This document shows positions 1 through 10,191 of a stretch of DNA of 64,000 nt, one piece after another. The notes below the pieces were generated by a model. The model did not search any database. It saw nothing but the letters and a program-made list of their open reading frames with translations, and had not been told where the DNA came from. Position 1 is the first letter of the stretch, and each line of letters opens with the position of its first letter. The stretch lies in the IMG/VR virus record IMGVR_UViG_3300042541_001760, positions 62,001 through 126,000 of that record. One strand, written 5' to 3'. The position numbers were made by a program, and so were the translations under genes.

Positions 1-982
1 TAGGTTCATCACTAAATCCTAAATCATAATCTCCGTCCATAGTTCCTTCCCATTCTTCGGACATTTCACCTTCAGGTAATTCTTCATCGCCCATTTCAGG
101 TTCTTCCGGCATATCCATACCCGCATCATCCATTTCAGGTTCTTCCGGTATATCCATATCCTCATCACCCATATCTTCATTATCCTCAAATCTGGTCATA
201 ATCTCCTCAACATCCTCATCGGATAATTGACTTAAATCAAGAGCTGACAATATTGAGTTAATAACATATTTTGTGTCATCAGATGAAATTGGTTCTTCAC
301 CTTGATTAAGTTTTCTAATTTTTTGACCTAACTTACCTGTTAGTTTTTGGATTGATTTAAAGGTAACCATACCTTCTTCACCTTCAGGTTCTCCGCCCAT
401 ATCCATTCCTTCGTCACCCATATCCATACCTTCATCACCCATTTCAGGATCTTCCGGCATACCCATTCCTTCATCACCCATAGATGGGTCTTCAGGCATA
501 TCCATACCTGCGTCAGGCATAGGTGGCATATCAGTTGGTGCGGGTACGGGAGCTGGTGCGGGGGCAGGTGCTGGCATCGGCGGTGCTTCTACAGGTGCGG
601 GTTTAGGAGTTTTTAATGTGAATTTTTTTTGTTCACCAAATAATGAAATATTTTCTTCATTACCAACCAAAGTATTAACTTCTTTTGTAATTAAGTTTAA
701 TCTCTTTAATGCTTGGGAATAAGAAGGGTAATACTTTCTATTCTGCATTGGTTCAAGATAATCCATATCGGATTCATTAATTGATTTTTTAATGACATAT
801 CCGTTCTTATCTCTTTCAATTTTGTATGTATTACCATCGGCTAACATTATTCCATATTCCGTGGATCTTACTTCATTAACAGGATTTGGAATGTTTTCCT
901 TATAACGAGAAATTTCAATGATACGGTTTATTTTTTCCATACCTTCTAATCTTTCACTTCCTATTGGTTTTAATTTTCCCAT
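1..982 (-). CDS. Acidic, Pro/Met/Gly-rich low-complexity phage protein (partial, runs off window start); possible head scaffold/core protein
   Basis: ATG at 982, open frame MGKLKPIGSERLEGMEKINRIIEISRYKE... with PAPAPAP and DMPEDPEMGDEG repeats; absent from the ORF track; function inferred from composition only. Confidence 0.7.
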   Translation of the reverse strand, partial: MGKLKPIGSERLEGMEKINRIIEISRYKENIPNPVNEVRSTEYGIMLADGNTYKIERDKNGYVIKKSINESDMDYLEPMQNRKYYPSYSQALKRLNLITKEVNTLVGNEENISLFGEQKKFTLKTPKPAPVEAPPMPAPAPAPAPVPAPTDMPPMPDAGMDMPEDPSMGDEGMGMPEDPEMGDEGMDMGDEGMDMGGEPEGEEGMVTFKSIQKLTGKLGQKIRKLNQGEEPISSDDTKYVINSILSALDLSQLSDEDVEEIMTRFEDNEDMGDEDMDIPEEPEMDDAGMDMPEEPEMGDEELPEGEMSEEWEGTMDGDYDLGFSDEP

Positions 983-999
983 TTTATTTTTTTTTATAT

Positions 1000-1188
1000 T
1001 TAATTGTTTAATCCGTTAAATCCCCCAAGAGTAACCGCACTACATTGATTAATAGTACCACCAGTAACGTTTGAGTATACGGGTGTTGGTGTACCAAAGG
1101 TAACTACAGAACCTACGGTATTTCCGGAAGCTGCAACATATCCGGTTATTCTTGTTGTGTAATATGAGGTACAGGCAGTTGTTGGCAT
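1000..1188 (-). CDS. Small hypothetical protein (Thr/Gly-rich)
   Basis: 62 aa ORF with a TATTTAT motif upstream. Confidence 0.55.
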   Translation of the reverse strand: MPTTACTSYYTTRITGYVAASGNTVGSVVTFGTPTPVYSNVTGGTINQCSAVTLGGFNGLNN

Positions 1189-1263
1189 ATCTTTATTTTT
1201 TCTTTATAAATATATCAATATTAATAATAGTTTATGTGTAATTAATATTATTATCAAAATGAT

Positions 1264-3591
1264 TTAGATTTTGTTAGCAAATTCCTTATAGAAATTTTTA
1301 AATATTTCTGAGTGGTCGTAACTATCCTTATCCGTACAAATAACTTTTCCTTTGTAGTTAGAATCGTCTTTATGGGTGCAGTACCATTTTAATACCTCCC
1401 TTGGGACATACCCTGGTGGTTTATTTCCCCAATTTTTCCAATTACATGTCATGTAAGTATTACTACCAAAATCTAAATTAATATATGGTGATTCTCCTTG
1501 TCCCTGACCTTCAGGTGAAGGGTCAATTAAACCCACAAATTTCATATTACTTCTTGGACCTACATAATCCCACATTTTCATACCTCCTTTAGAAAACCCG
1601 GCAATTGAGGTTACGGTCGCATTGTAATTATCTTTCACGTGCTTTATAGCCTCTTCAACAGAGGTTCCCCAATGAGTTATCACTACCAAAACTTTACCTT
1701 TAATTGGGTCAACTCCCGATCCGTAAAAACTTTCATTTAATGAAATCTGACCATTTTGATTAGAATGTAATCCCGCAAATAAAACGTGTGCTTCACCACC
1801 CTTAAAATTATCAGGTTTATAAACTAAGTAATTCTTAGACTTTCTTTTTTCGGTTGGTTGATTTTTATCTCCGATTGTGGATTCTTTAGATTTTACAGGT
1901 TTATTTTCTATCTTATCTATGTAAGGTTCTATATCTTCTGATTGGATATTTTTTTCTTTTAATTTTCCTAATAGAACTTTAACCATTTCAGGTGTCGCAA
2001 CTGAATTTACTAAATATTCACCATTATATTTACCAATATATTTTTTATCAATTATAGTTTCAGGGTCAACGGCTACCCCATTTAATATTACCTCAAAATG
2101 TAAGTGTGGATATGTGGAATTTCCTTTTTTTGATTTTTCATCTTTCTCCCCATTACAACCCCCCTCTTTACCACCGTTACATCCACCGGTTTTACCAATA
2201 ATTTGACCTTGTGTTACCGTATCACCTTTTGAAACATCTATTTCATTACAATGACAATATTTTGTTTGATAACCGTCTGAGTGTTGTATTAAAATATAAC
2301 CTCCGCATTTACCAACACCAAAGGATGACCCTACCACTTTTCCGTCGGCGGGTGATTTTATCGTAGTATTTCTATCACTACGTAAATCAACACCATTATG
2401 TGGTCTACCTCCACGAGGTCCAAACTTTGAAATCACCACTAATGTACCATCCAATGGAGGTAAAATTTTTGATTGATTGTCAGTTTCATCAGTTGATTCA
2501 GCTTTTTCAACTGCTTCTATATTCTCCTTCTTGAATTTTTCAACTTGTCCAGAGGTTTCAGGTCCATATAAACCATCAACACCGTGATTTGGTAACTTAT
2601 AACCTAATAGTTCCAACCCTATTTGTATCGACTCAACATTTTCTTGAAATGAATACTCACCTCTTTTTTGTTGGGATACAGGTTCTTGGATTGAATCTAA
2701 AGTTTTATAGAATTCGGAAACATCGTCACTAACTATGTCTGCTTTCTTTGGGTTATCAACCTTAACTTCACCTTCTTTATTTTTTTTACCCGAAAATAAA
2801 TTAGATAAAAAATCTCTTATTTTTCCTTTATTTTTTTCTTGTTCACCAATTAATTTTTGCTCCAATGACAATTCCCTATCGACCTTTTCTTTTTCAAAGT
2901 TGAATAGTTTTTCAATATACCCATTTCGTCTAAGGTATTTAAATACCAAATTTTCGTAGGATAATTCTCCACCACCCTCTAATCCGGATTGTCTATATTT
3001 TTTAAGTTTATCTTTGAAACCGCCTAATAACTTTAAAGCAGCCTCTAAGTCCTTACCTTTAGCCGAATCAATAACCTCATCAATTTTTTCAGTCCATTGG
3101 TCAACTTTTGACATAAGAACTTCTTTATCGGCTTTAAAATCACCTTTTTTAGGTGGTGTTAACCATTTGTTATATATAACGGAATATACCCCTGTTGAGA
3201 AGTGGGGTTCATTACTGTCCTGTAGATATAACTCAACGTCATAACCATAAATCTTTATATTATGGTCAGAGTTAAATAATGTTTTTTTTAATTTAAAAAG
3301 TTCTTTATAAAGGTCTAATTGTTCTTTTGGGAATTGTTCAAAATCCACAATTACGTGTAAATCAAAATCAGAGTATTTTGACCAATTATAGTTAGCCATA
3401 GAACCTGTCATATGAACATCGGACACGATAATATCAATACCTAAAAATTCTATGAATTCATAAGCAATTTCTAATAACTTTTCTCTAATTTCAGGTTTAA
3501 GTTTTGTCGACTTATTGTCCTTAACCCACACCTTTGGATTTAGTCCTTTTTTTAAATCAAAGCTTGATAAAATTTCACTATCCTTTTTCAT
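1264..3591 (-). CDS. Multidomain protein: Pol-beta-like nucleotidyltransferase + peptidoglycan-binding + M23 peptidase + alpha/beta-hydrolase-like C-terminus
   Basis: GSMANYNWSKYSDFDLHV (GS..DxD), GVDGLYGPET (PG-binding), HNGVDL...HLHFEV (M23), AGFSKGG (GxSxG). Confidence 0.75.
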   Translation of the reverse strand: MKKDSEILSSFDLKKGLNPKVWVKDNKSTKLKPEIREKLLEIAYEFIEFLGIDIIVSDVHMTGSMANYNWSKYSDFDLHVIVDFEQFPKEQLDLYKELFKLKKTLFNSDHNIKIYGYDVELYLQDSNEPHFSTGVYSVIYNKWLTPPKKGDFKADKEVLMSKVDQWTEKIDEVIDSAKGKDLEAALKLLGGFKDKLKKYRQSGLEGGGELSYENLVFKYLRRNGYIEKLFNFEKEKVDRELSLEQKLIGEQEKNKGKIRDFLSNLFSGKKNKEGEVKVDNPKKADIVSDDVSEFYKTLDSIQEPVSQQKRGEYSFQENVESIQIGLELLGYKLPNHGVDGLYGPETSGQVEKFKKENIEAVEKAESTDETDNQSKILPPLDGTLVVISKFGPRGGRPHNGVDLRSDRNTTIKSPADGKVVGSSFGVGKCGGYILIQHSDGYQTKYCHCNEIDVSKGDTVTQGQIIGKTGGCNGGKEGGCNGEKDEKSKKGNSTYPHLHFEVILNGVAVDPETIIDKKYIGKYNGEYLVNSVATPEMVKVLLGKLKEKNIQSEDIEPYIDKIENKPVKSKESTIGDKNQPTEKRKSKNYLVYKPDNFKGGEAHVLFAGLHSNQNGQISLNESFYGSGVDPIKGKVLVVITHWGTSVEEAIKHVKDNYNATVTSIAGFSKGGMKMWDYVGPRSNMKFVGLIDPSPEGQGQGESPYINLDFGSNTYMTCNWKNWGNKPPGYVPREVLKWYCTHKDDSNYKGKVICTDKDSYDHSEIFKNFYKEFANKI

Positions 3592-3623
3592 TAACTAATA
3601 AATACTACAAAACATGTATTTAG

Positions 3624-3866
3624 TTAAAGTTTTTTATATGGGTGAACTTTTGCAATTTTTGAACTGAAGAATTTACCTTGAGATTCCGACATTCTAAATT
3701 GAGTATATAATTGATGGGGTACATCTTGATACTCATATTTTAAACCATTATTAAACTCAACTAATAGATCCTTTGTTTCGGTATCATATTCTGTGTGTTT
3801 AATATTTGACGAAGTAATATCATTAATTATTTTTGTTCCTATAATTTCTTCTTTTGTGATTGCCAT
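3624..3866 (-). CDS. KTSC domain protein
   Basis: SSNIKHTEYD..LLVEFNNG..YEY.DVP...F..SES.GKFF pattern. Confidence 0.8.
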   Translation of the reverse strand: MAITKEEIIGTKIINDITSSNIKHTEYDTETKDLLVEFNNGLKYEYQDVPHQLYTQFRMSESQGKFFSSKIAKVHPYKKL

Positions 3867-3957
3867 AATTTTTTATTTAAAAAATAAATACTAGTATAAA
3901 AAAGAAAACCCCTCTTTTGGGGAGGGGTTATCAATTTACTTTTAGTAACAATAAAGT

Positions 3958-4347
3958 TTAAGACCAAGAAGCGTCTCCAATATCACCTTGATACTTTCTA
4001 AATTCTCTATCGTGGTCAAATCCAGATTCACCACCACTCTTTTGTGGTCTTCTAGTTTTGATTGTTAAAGGTTTTCCTGTTTTTTCTTTATATGTGTTAA
4101 ACATTGCCTTACCCATATCACCACCTAAAGCTCTTCTTTTTGGATGTTTTTCGTGAAATGATTCATAGTCATTAAATTCCTCTGAATCAAAATCATCATC
4201 ATTTATATCATCGTCAGAGAATTGGTCGGTATCCATATCAACCCATTTTTCATCACCACCAAATGAACCATATCTTTCACCTTCGCTGATTATTCTTTTT
4301 ACTAACCTAACTAAATCACTTTCTGTTAATCTTACAATTTTTTTCAT
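3958..4347 (-). CDS. Hypothetical protein with LTESDL-type N-terminal leader
   Basis: MKKIVRLTESDLVRLVKRIISE. Confidence 0.7.
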   Translation of the reverse strand: MKKIVRLTESDLVRLVKRIISEGERYGSFGGDEKWVDMDTDQFSDDDINDDDFDSEEFNDYESFHEKHPKRRALGGDMGKAMFNTYKEKTGKPLTIKTRRPQKSGGESGFDHDREFRKYQGDIGDASWS

Positions 4348-4393
4348 AATATAATTTTTATTATAAATATATTACGACTTGTAAAAAAAATAT

Positions 4394-4765
4394 TTAAAGC
4401 AAAGATATCTTTTTCTTTCTCTCAATCTTTTTTTCATTAGGGATAAACACGCTTAATAACCCATCCTCAATAGTTGCTTCAAGTTTAGAGGTGTCAATAT
4501 TTAATCCCAAATCATAAGAGAAGTGAACACTCTTAGTTTTATCACCACTTGATGATTTAATTACACGACTACCATCAATGGTTAAAATTGTGTCATCAAC
4601 ATCAACTTTTAAATTTGACTTATTAAAGCCAGGGACGCTGAATACATAATAAGCCCCATCTTCGGTTTTATGAACATCATAGTCACTGACATAATTTCTT
4701 CTGAATTTAGCATCAGTAAAGTCGTTTAGGATTGTGTCGAAAATTGATAAATTTCCTGTTTTCAT
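4394..4765 (-). CDS. Hsp20/alpha-crystallin small heat-shock protein
   Basis: VPGFNKSNLKV...LEATIEDGLLSVFIP and C-terminal IxI-like KKISLL. Confidence 0.85.
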   Translation of the reverse strand: MKTGNLSIFDTILNDFTDAKFRRNYVSDYDVHKTEDGAYYVFSVPGFNKSNLKVDVDDTILTIDGSRVIKSSSGDKTKSVHFSYDLGLNIDTSKLEATIEDGLLSVFIPNEKKIERKKKISLL

Positions 4766-4806
4766 AGTTTTTTAAATTTTTATGTTTATTATTTGATTGT
4801 GAATTA

Positions 4807-4868
4807 TTCAACTGGTGTGCCAAATAAAATATACGACATTTTGTCAGTTAGTATATGACAATTTGTCA
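4807..4868 (-). promoter_or_regulatory. Sigma54-like promoter for hsp20 plus two palindromic operator/enhancer sites
   Basis: Minus strand TGGCACACCAGTTGAA (4822-4807); palindromes GACATTTTGTC (4835-4845) and TGACAATTTGTCA (4856-4868). Confidence 0.55.
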
Positions 4869-4918
4869 CTATTGAACTATTGAGTATAATTTCATATATT
4901 TATTAAAAAAATAAGATT

Positions 4919-6961
4919 ATGAATGAGATAATGGACGGTGATGGACCTTCATCAAGAAAAAAAGGCGACAACGATAGTGGTACTCCTGTACTGGATAACT
5001 TCAGTAAAGATTTAAATAAATTGGCTGAGGAAGGTAAATTAGATTCAGTTATTGGTAGAGATAAAGAGATATTAAGAATTGCTCAGATATTATCAAGAAG
5101 AAAGAAAAATAATCCTATTATTATTGGAGAACCGGGTTGTGGTAAGACCGCAATTGTTGAGGGATTGGCAATGAAAATCCAACAAGGTGAATGTCCGAGA
5201 AATTTAGCGGATAAGAGAATTGTCCTGTTAGATATGACATCCATTGTTGCGGGAACAAAATACAGAGGTCAGTTTGAGGAAAGAATGAAAGTGATTATTG
5301 AAGAATTACAATCACATCCCAACATTATTATCTTCATAGATGAGATTCACACCATTGTAGGTGCAGGTAATTCATCAGGATCATTGGACGCTTCAAACAT
5401 ATTCAAACCAGCATTGGCAAGAGGTGAGATTCAATGTATCGGAGCTACAACACTTGATGAATACCGTAAAAACTTTGAGAAAGACGGAGCGTTGGAAAGA
5501 AGATTCCAAAAAGTGGTGGTTGACCCTTCAACGAAAGAAGAAACTCTACAAATTCTAAAAAACTCAAAAGACAAATACGAGAGTTACCATAAAGTTATTT
5601 TTAGTGACGAAGTATTAATCACTTGTGTTGATTTGGCGGACAGATATATTACCGATAGAGAGTTTCCCGATAAGGCTTTTGATATTATAGATGAAGTTGG
5701 GGCAAGAAGTCAGGTGGATATTAAAATGCCTGAAGTTATTGAGAAATTGAAATTGGACGCAATTGATATCAAACAACAAAAGATTGATGTTGTAAAGAAA
5801 CAGAATTACGAACAAGCGGCAGAACTTAGAGATAAGGAGAAAAAAATTCTGAATAAACTTCACGTAGAAAAAATGAAGTTTGAAGAAGAAATGAATATCA
5901 ATAAGAAAGAAGTTGAGATTGAATTGGTTTATGAAGTTGTATCCAATATGACAAAAATTCCTGTTGGAAAACTTAACATTGACGATTCAAAATCATTGGT
6001 TGATTTGGAGGTTAATATCGGATCGAAAGTTATTGGTCAATCTGAAGCGGTTTCAAAAATATCAAAAGCAATTAGAAGAAATAGATTAGGTATTAAAGAC
6101 CCAAATAGACCCATAGGATCGTTTATCTTCTTAGGATCCACAGGTGTGGGTAAAACACACTTAGCCAAGCAATTGGCGAAAGAGATATTCGGTAGTGAAG
6201 ATTCTTTAATTAGAGTTGATATGTCCGAATATCAAGAAAAACACTCAATCTCTCGTTTAATCGGATCTCCTCCGGGATATGTTGGTTATGATGAAGGTGG
6301 TCAATTAACTGAACAAGTTAAAAACAAACCATACTCCGTTATTTTATTTGATGAAATTGAAAAGGCAAATAAAGACATATTCTCAACTTTACTACAGGTA
6401 TTGGATGATGGTCACCTTACAGATGGATTGGGAAGAAAAATCAATTTCAAAAATTGTCTTATCATTATGACATCAAATATTGGTGTTAAAAAATTACAAG
6501 ATTTTGGGGCTGGTGTTGGATTCCAAACTAAGTCCTATGTTGAAGAAGAACAAAAACGAGACATCCTTAAAAAGGAACTTCAAAAATTCTTCGCACCTGA
6601 ATTCCTAAACAGAATTGATGATGTGATAATCTTTAACACCCTAAAACAAGAACAAATTAACGAAATCGTTAAGATTGAACTTAATAAGTTATCATCAAGA
6701 TTGACTAAAATCAAATACCAATTCAAATTTGAATCTTCGGTAACTGATATGATATCAAAAGTTGGTTTTGATGAAATGTATGGGGCTAGACCTTTAAAGA
6801 GGGCTATCCAAGATAAAATTGAGGATTATATTTCCGAGGAAGTTCTTAGAGGTGAACTTAAAACCGAAACACCTTATGTGGTTACGGCAGAGAATGACGT
6901 TATTATTATAACGGAAGAGAAAAAAGGAAAGAAGGGTAAAACAAAAAAGGAGGTTGAATAA
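4919..6961 (+). CDS. clpC: ClpC-like Hsp100 AAA+ ATPase lacking the N-terminal Clp repeat domain
   Basis: Two Walker A motifs (GEPGCGKT, GSTGVGKT), UVR-type middle domain QNYEQAAELRD, GYVG pore loop, VGF ClpP-docking loop, GARPL. Confidence 0.9.
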   Translation: MNEIMDGDGPSSRKKGDNDSGTPVLDNFSKDLNKLAEEGKLDSVIGRDKEILRIAQILSRRKKNNPIIIGEPGCGKTAIVEGLAMKIQQGECPRNLADKRIVLLDMTSIVAGTKYRGQFEERMKVIIEELQSHPNIIIFIDEIHTIVGAGNSSGSLDASNIFKPALARGEIQCIGATTLDEYRKNFEKDGALERRFQKVVVDPSTKEETLQILKNSKDKYESYHKVIFSDEVLITCVDLADRYITDREFPDKAFDIIDEVGARSQVDIKMPEVIEKLKLDAIDIKQQKIDVVKKQNYEQAAELRDKEKKILNKLHVEKMKFEEEMNINKKEVEIELVYEVVSNMTKIPVGKLNIDDSKSLVDLEVNIGSKVIGQSEAVSKISKAIRRNRLGIKDPNRPIGSFIFLGSTGVGKTHLAKQLAKEIFGSEDSLIRVDMSEYQEKHSISRLIGSPPGYVGYDEGGQLTEQVKNKPYSVILFDEIEKANKDIFSTLLQVLDDGHLTDGLGRKINFKNCLIIMTSNIGVKKLQDFGAGVGFQTKSYVEEEQKRDILKKELQKFFAPEFLNRIDDVIIFNTLKQEQINEIVKIELNKLSSRLTKIKYQFKFESSVTDMISKVGFDEMYGARPLKRAIQDKIEDYISEEVLRGELKTETPYVVTAENDVIIITEEKKGKKGKTKKEVE

Positions 6962-6971
6962 CCTCCTTTTT

Positions 6972-7805
6972 TTAAAATGGACTATAAATTTTATTAGGTT
7001 TCTCCTCTTTAAATTGGTGTTTGGTGTAACCCAATGATTCTATCATTTTTTTACCAACTTTGATACCATTGTAGACATCCTCAACCACCACATATTCATT
7101 TGCGGTGTGGTAATCGTAGTACCCAATGGAGATATTGATACAAGAAAAATCAAAAGATTCTTTAAGAGCGTAAACATCGGTATAAGGGTGTGAGAAATAT
7201 TTTAGTTTATCAGGAAAACTTTCAGTTAGAACTTTATCACATTCTTTAAAAAAGTCAGTCCGTCTGTCAAATAATGTTGTTCCCCAACATCTTTCAGTAA
7301 CCATCCAATTTTCGGGGGCGTCGAACTGAATTGCGTAACCAACATTTGTAAAGAATGATTTGTCGGCTTTACGAGACCCGTGACATCCTGTTTCTTCAGA
7401 TACAAAGAACGCCGCCTTTAAGTTGGGTAACTCTTTTAGTAATTCTAAACAAGCATAGACACCACACTTGTCATCACCTCCAATACCTGTAGGGTTTCCT
7501 TCGTTATTATACGCTTTTAGGGATAACTTAATTTCACCTTGAGCGTTTTCAAGTTGTTCTTCAACGACATTGATTGAGTCCATATTATGAACCGTATCAG
7601 TGTGTGATACAACACAAGGGAACATAAACCCATTAGGTAAATCACCGGTTTGTTTGGTGGCATAAACATTAAGATGTTCATCCACCGTATGGTCAATGTT
7701 GTTTTCCGTTAACCAATCAATAAGAAATTGAACCATCTGTTCTTCCTTATAAGTTTTACTTGGTACTGACAATACGTCTTTTAGTAATTGATAATTTCTT
7801 TCCAT
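6972..7805 (-). CDS. M20/M28-family zinc peptidase
   Basis: SHTDTV, GIGGDDKCG, SEETGCHGS, YHTANE. Confidence 0.8.
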   Translation of the reverse strand: MERNYQLLKDVLSVPSKTYKEEQMVQFLIDWLTENNIDHTVDEHLNVYATKQTGDLPNGFMFPCVVSHTDTVHNMDSINVVEEQLENAQGEIKLSLKAYNNEGNPTGIGGDDKCGVYACLELLKELPNLKAAFFVSEETGCHGSRKADKSFFTNVGYAIQFDAPENWMVTERCWGTTLFDRRTDFFKECDKVLTESFPDKLKYFSHPYTDVYALKESFDFSCINISIGYYDYHTANEYVVVEDVYNGIKVGKKMIESLGYTKHQFKEEKPNKIYSPF

Positions 7806-7841
7806 ATGACAAATATATGAAAAAGTTTTGATATATAAAAT

Positions 7842-8288
7842 TTAATCTTTTGATTTGATTTTAAATTTTATATTTTCCACATCATTTTTACTTGAAACCC
7901 AATGAACGTCAGATGGAATTTTTTCTAAGAGATTTGAATAATTTTTTAGTAAGGTATTAAAGTGTTTTTTATTAAACCATTTAGACCTTTTAATAATTAT
8001 TTTAACTACATTTTTATCCTTATCTAATAATATTGCCGATCCGGGCGCCATTATACTAACCTCATTCTTGAAAGTATCAAAGTCAAAATGTTTTCTCATG
8101 CCGTCAAAATCGTCATCATCATCTTGCGACATTAAATTTTTACCCATGTCTTTTGTATAATCGTCACCTTGATAAAACATTGAGTCCATAGGAGATTCTA
8201 AAATAATGGTATTATAACCTCTTTTTTTATGCATTTCTAATATTCTACCTCTCTCAGATGAATTAATATTGTTGAATAAATTTTTCAT
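7842..8288 (-). CDS. Hypothetical protein with phage leader motif
   Basis: INSSERGRILEMH...IILES. Confidence 0.65.
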   Translation of the reverse strand: MKNLFNNINSSERGRILEMHKKRGYNTIILESPMDSMFYQGDDYTKDMGKNLMSQDDDDDFDGMRKHFDFDTFKNEVSIMAPGSAILLDKDKNVVKIIIKRSKWFNKKHFNTLLKNYSNLLEKIPSDVHWVSSKNDVENIKFKIKSKD

Positions 8289-8309
8289 ACTGTTTTTTGT
8301 TTATAAATA

Positions 8310-9674
8310 TCACTCATCTTTAAATAACTCAGGATGATATATTAAAGTATAAAAATCTTCTAATGTCTTGTCAGTATATTTTATATTACAACCTCCGGAA
8401 ACACAACCTGTTCTAATATTTAATAAATTTGTTTTAGGATCAATTGTGACAATCTCAAACCATCTAGTTTTGTCCTTTGGAAATGCATATCGTTTAGTAT
8501 AAACATATTTCTTATTTATCTCACGAACTATTTCCTTAAATTCCACCATATTTAAAAAATTATCCGAGTCCTCCAATTCGTCAATTATTTTATCTAAGGA
8601 ATAACTAACTAACCTGTTAAAACTTTCACCATCAAAATGTTCATAACCCTCAACTTCATACGCATACTCATAAAAATCCTGAACCTCAATTGAGTGACCA
8701 AGTTCCTTTAAGACCTCCTCCAATGTCATATTGGTTCCATATCTTTCAAATAACTTAATTAATATTCTAACTGTGGTTATGTATTTATAAAAACAACTTA
8801 ATTTCATTAAACCATAAGGTCTAAAAATATCACATAATTCATCTTTTATTTCCTCCCTTTGAGCGGCGTTTTTGCCGTTATTTGTTTCAGAGTTATATTC
8901 GTTATATATATCTTGAGATATTTTTGGGAAAAATTCATCCATTGCTACTGCAATTTTGGCATTTGTCTCACTCTCACCATCCATAGTTAAATTAGGTGCG
9001 ATATATTTTAAAATATCATTAACTTTTTGTTTGTTTTCATCATTAAAGTCATATAACACATATCCCTCCTTCCATTGATAATCATCATCCCAATCAACAA
9101 AATCATATCCATTACCGTAATGGTCAAAAATCGCATTTACATACCATTTACCTTGGTCACCCAAATCAAATAATTCAAAATACTCAGAATCATTTCTAAA
9201 CGTTAATGTTATCTTAGATTTTTCAGGTTTGTTTTTATCAAAAAATAATTTATATATCATAGGATCTAACTGACCCAAAACATAATCATCTTTCGGTTCA
9301 ATACCCATAGCAATTGCCTTTAATGCTCTATATGTGCTAGTACCAAACGGGTTAATAATCGTCATTAATTTACTCTCCAATGAGGGAAACATCTCAACTA
9401 AACTTTCAAACTCTAAATAATTTTGGTCATTATCCATTATTGACATAGACCCATAATTAGGATTGAATAGACTAGCTGAATTTTCCCTGTTTTCTTTATC
9501 TATAATAAAATATAAATCACCATTTCTATAAACACTACCCCAATTACTACCGGCAAATCTATCACCACCAAAATACTTAGCGGAAATAGGACCATTTGCC
9601 ATTACTATAAGATACTTTGAATTCTCAAGAATGATTTCCGATTCGGTGTAAGCGTCATTTTCTAATTCGTCCAT
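8310..9674 (-). CDS. Hypothetical protein (454 aa)
   Basis: Long ORF with a TATTTAT motif upstream. Confidence 0.7.
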   Translation of the reverse strand: MDELENDAYTESEIILENSKYLIVMANGPISAKYFGGDRFAGSNWGSVYRNGDLYFIIDKENRENSASLFNPNYGSMSIMDNDQNYLEFESLVEMFPSLESKLMTIINPFGTSTYRALKAIAMGIEPKDDYVLGQLDPMIYKLFFDKNKPEKSKITLTFRNDSEYFELFDLGDQGKWYVNAIFDHYGNGYDFVDWDDDYQWKEGYVLYDFNDENKQKVNDILKYIAPNLTMDGESETNAKIAVAMDEFFPKISQDIYNEYNSETNNGKNAAQREEIKDELCDIFRPYGLMKLSCFYKYITTVRILIKLFERYGTNMTLEEVLKELGHSIEVQDFYEYAYEVEGYEHFDGESFNRLVSYSLDKIIDELEDSDNFLNMVEFKEIVREINKKYVYTKRYAFPKDKTRWFEIVTIDPKTNLLNIRTGCVSGGCNIKYTDKTLEDFYTLIYHPELFKDE

Positions 9675-9727
9675 ATAACTTTTTTACATAAATATCCGAT
9701 TTATTTTGTTTTTTCAAATATCTATTG

Positions 9728-9758
9728 TATATTTGTAATCAGAGACAAGTTCTTTAAA
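9728..9758 (+). promoter_or_regulatory. Bacteroidota sigmaA -7 element and boxA-like element upstream of tmRNA
   Basis: TATATTTG (9728-9735), GTTCTTTAAA (9749-9758). Confidence 0.6.
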
Positions 9759-9763
9759 ATATT

Positions 9764-10156
9764 GGGTCCAAAATTGGTATCGACTGGCATAGTTGGATAT
9801 TAAGAGCATACCGAGGCTGAGTTAACCTTGTAAAACTGACTTAAACCGATATACGGCAACGTAATCAACAAACTTTCGGCAGTCGGACTTGTTCGCACTT
9901 CTGAAACCGTAGCAGTAGCCTAAGGCGAATCTACAACGGGTCGGCGTACATACAACCTAGGAACAGAAGTACTTGCAAAAGGTGTGGTTTCTATCTAAAA
10001 AGAAACATGTGGAGGATTAGTTCTCAGTAAACCGAACCACTTTAAAAATAAGGGAATTGTGAAGTTTCGGATTGGTTAGAAAACCAATGTCCTATGTATG
10101 TAGAACTTAGTAATCAATATGAACAACACGAGGGTTCGAATCCCTCTGGATCCACC
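9764..10156 (+). ncRNA. ssrA: tmRNA
   Basis: Acceptor stem GGGTCCA/TGGATCC with G3.U70, discriminator A, T-arm GAGGG-TTCGAAT-CCCTC; tag ORF 9855-9923 GNVINKLSAVGLVRTSETVAVA*. Confidence 0.92.
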
Positions 10157-10159
10157 TCT

Positions 10160-10190
10160 AAACCTCATCAGAAATGGTGGGGTTTTTTTA
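10160..10190 (+). terminator. Intrinsic terminator after tmRNA
   Basis: AAACCTCATCA-GAAA-TGGTGGGGTTT followed by a T run. Confidence 0.75.
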
Positions 10191-10191
10191 T

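Noticed and set aside
60-600. Short tandem-like repeats as a non-coding repeat element
   Set aside because: They encode the DMPEEPEMGDE and PAPA low-complexity tracts of the 982-start ORF.
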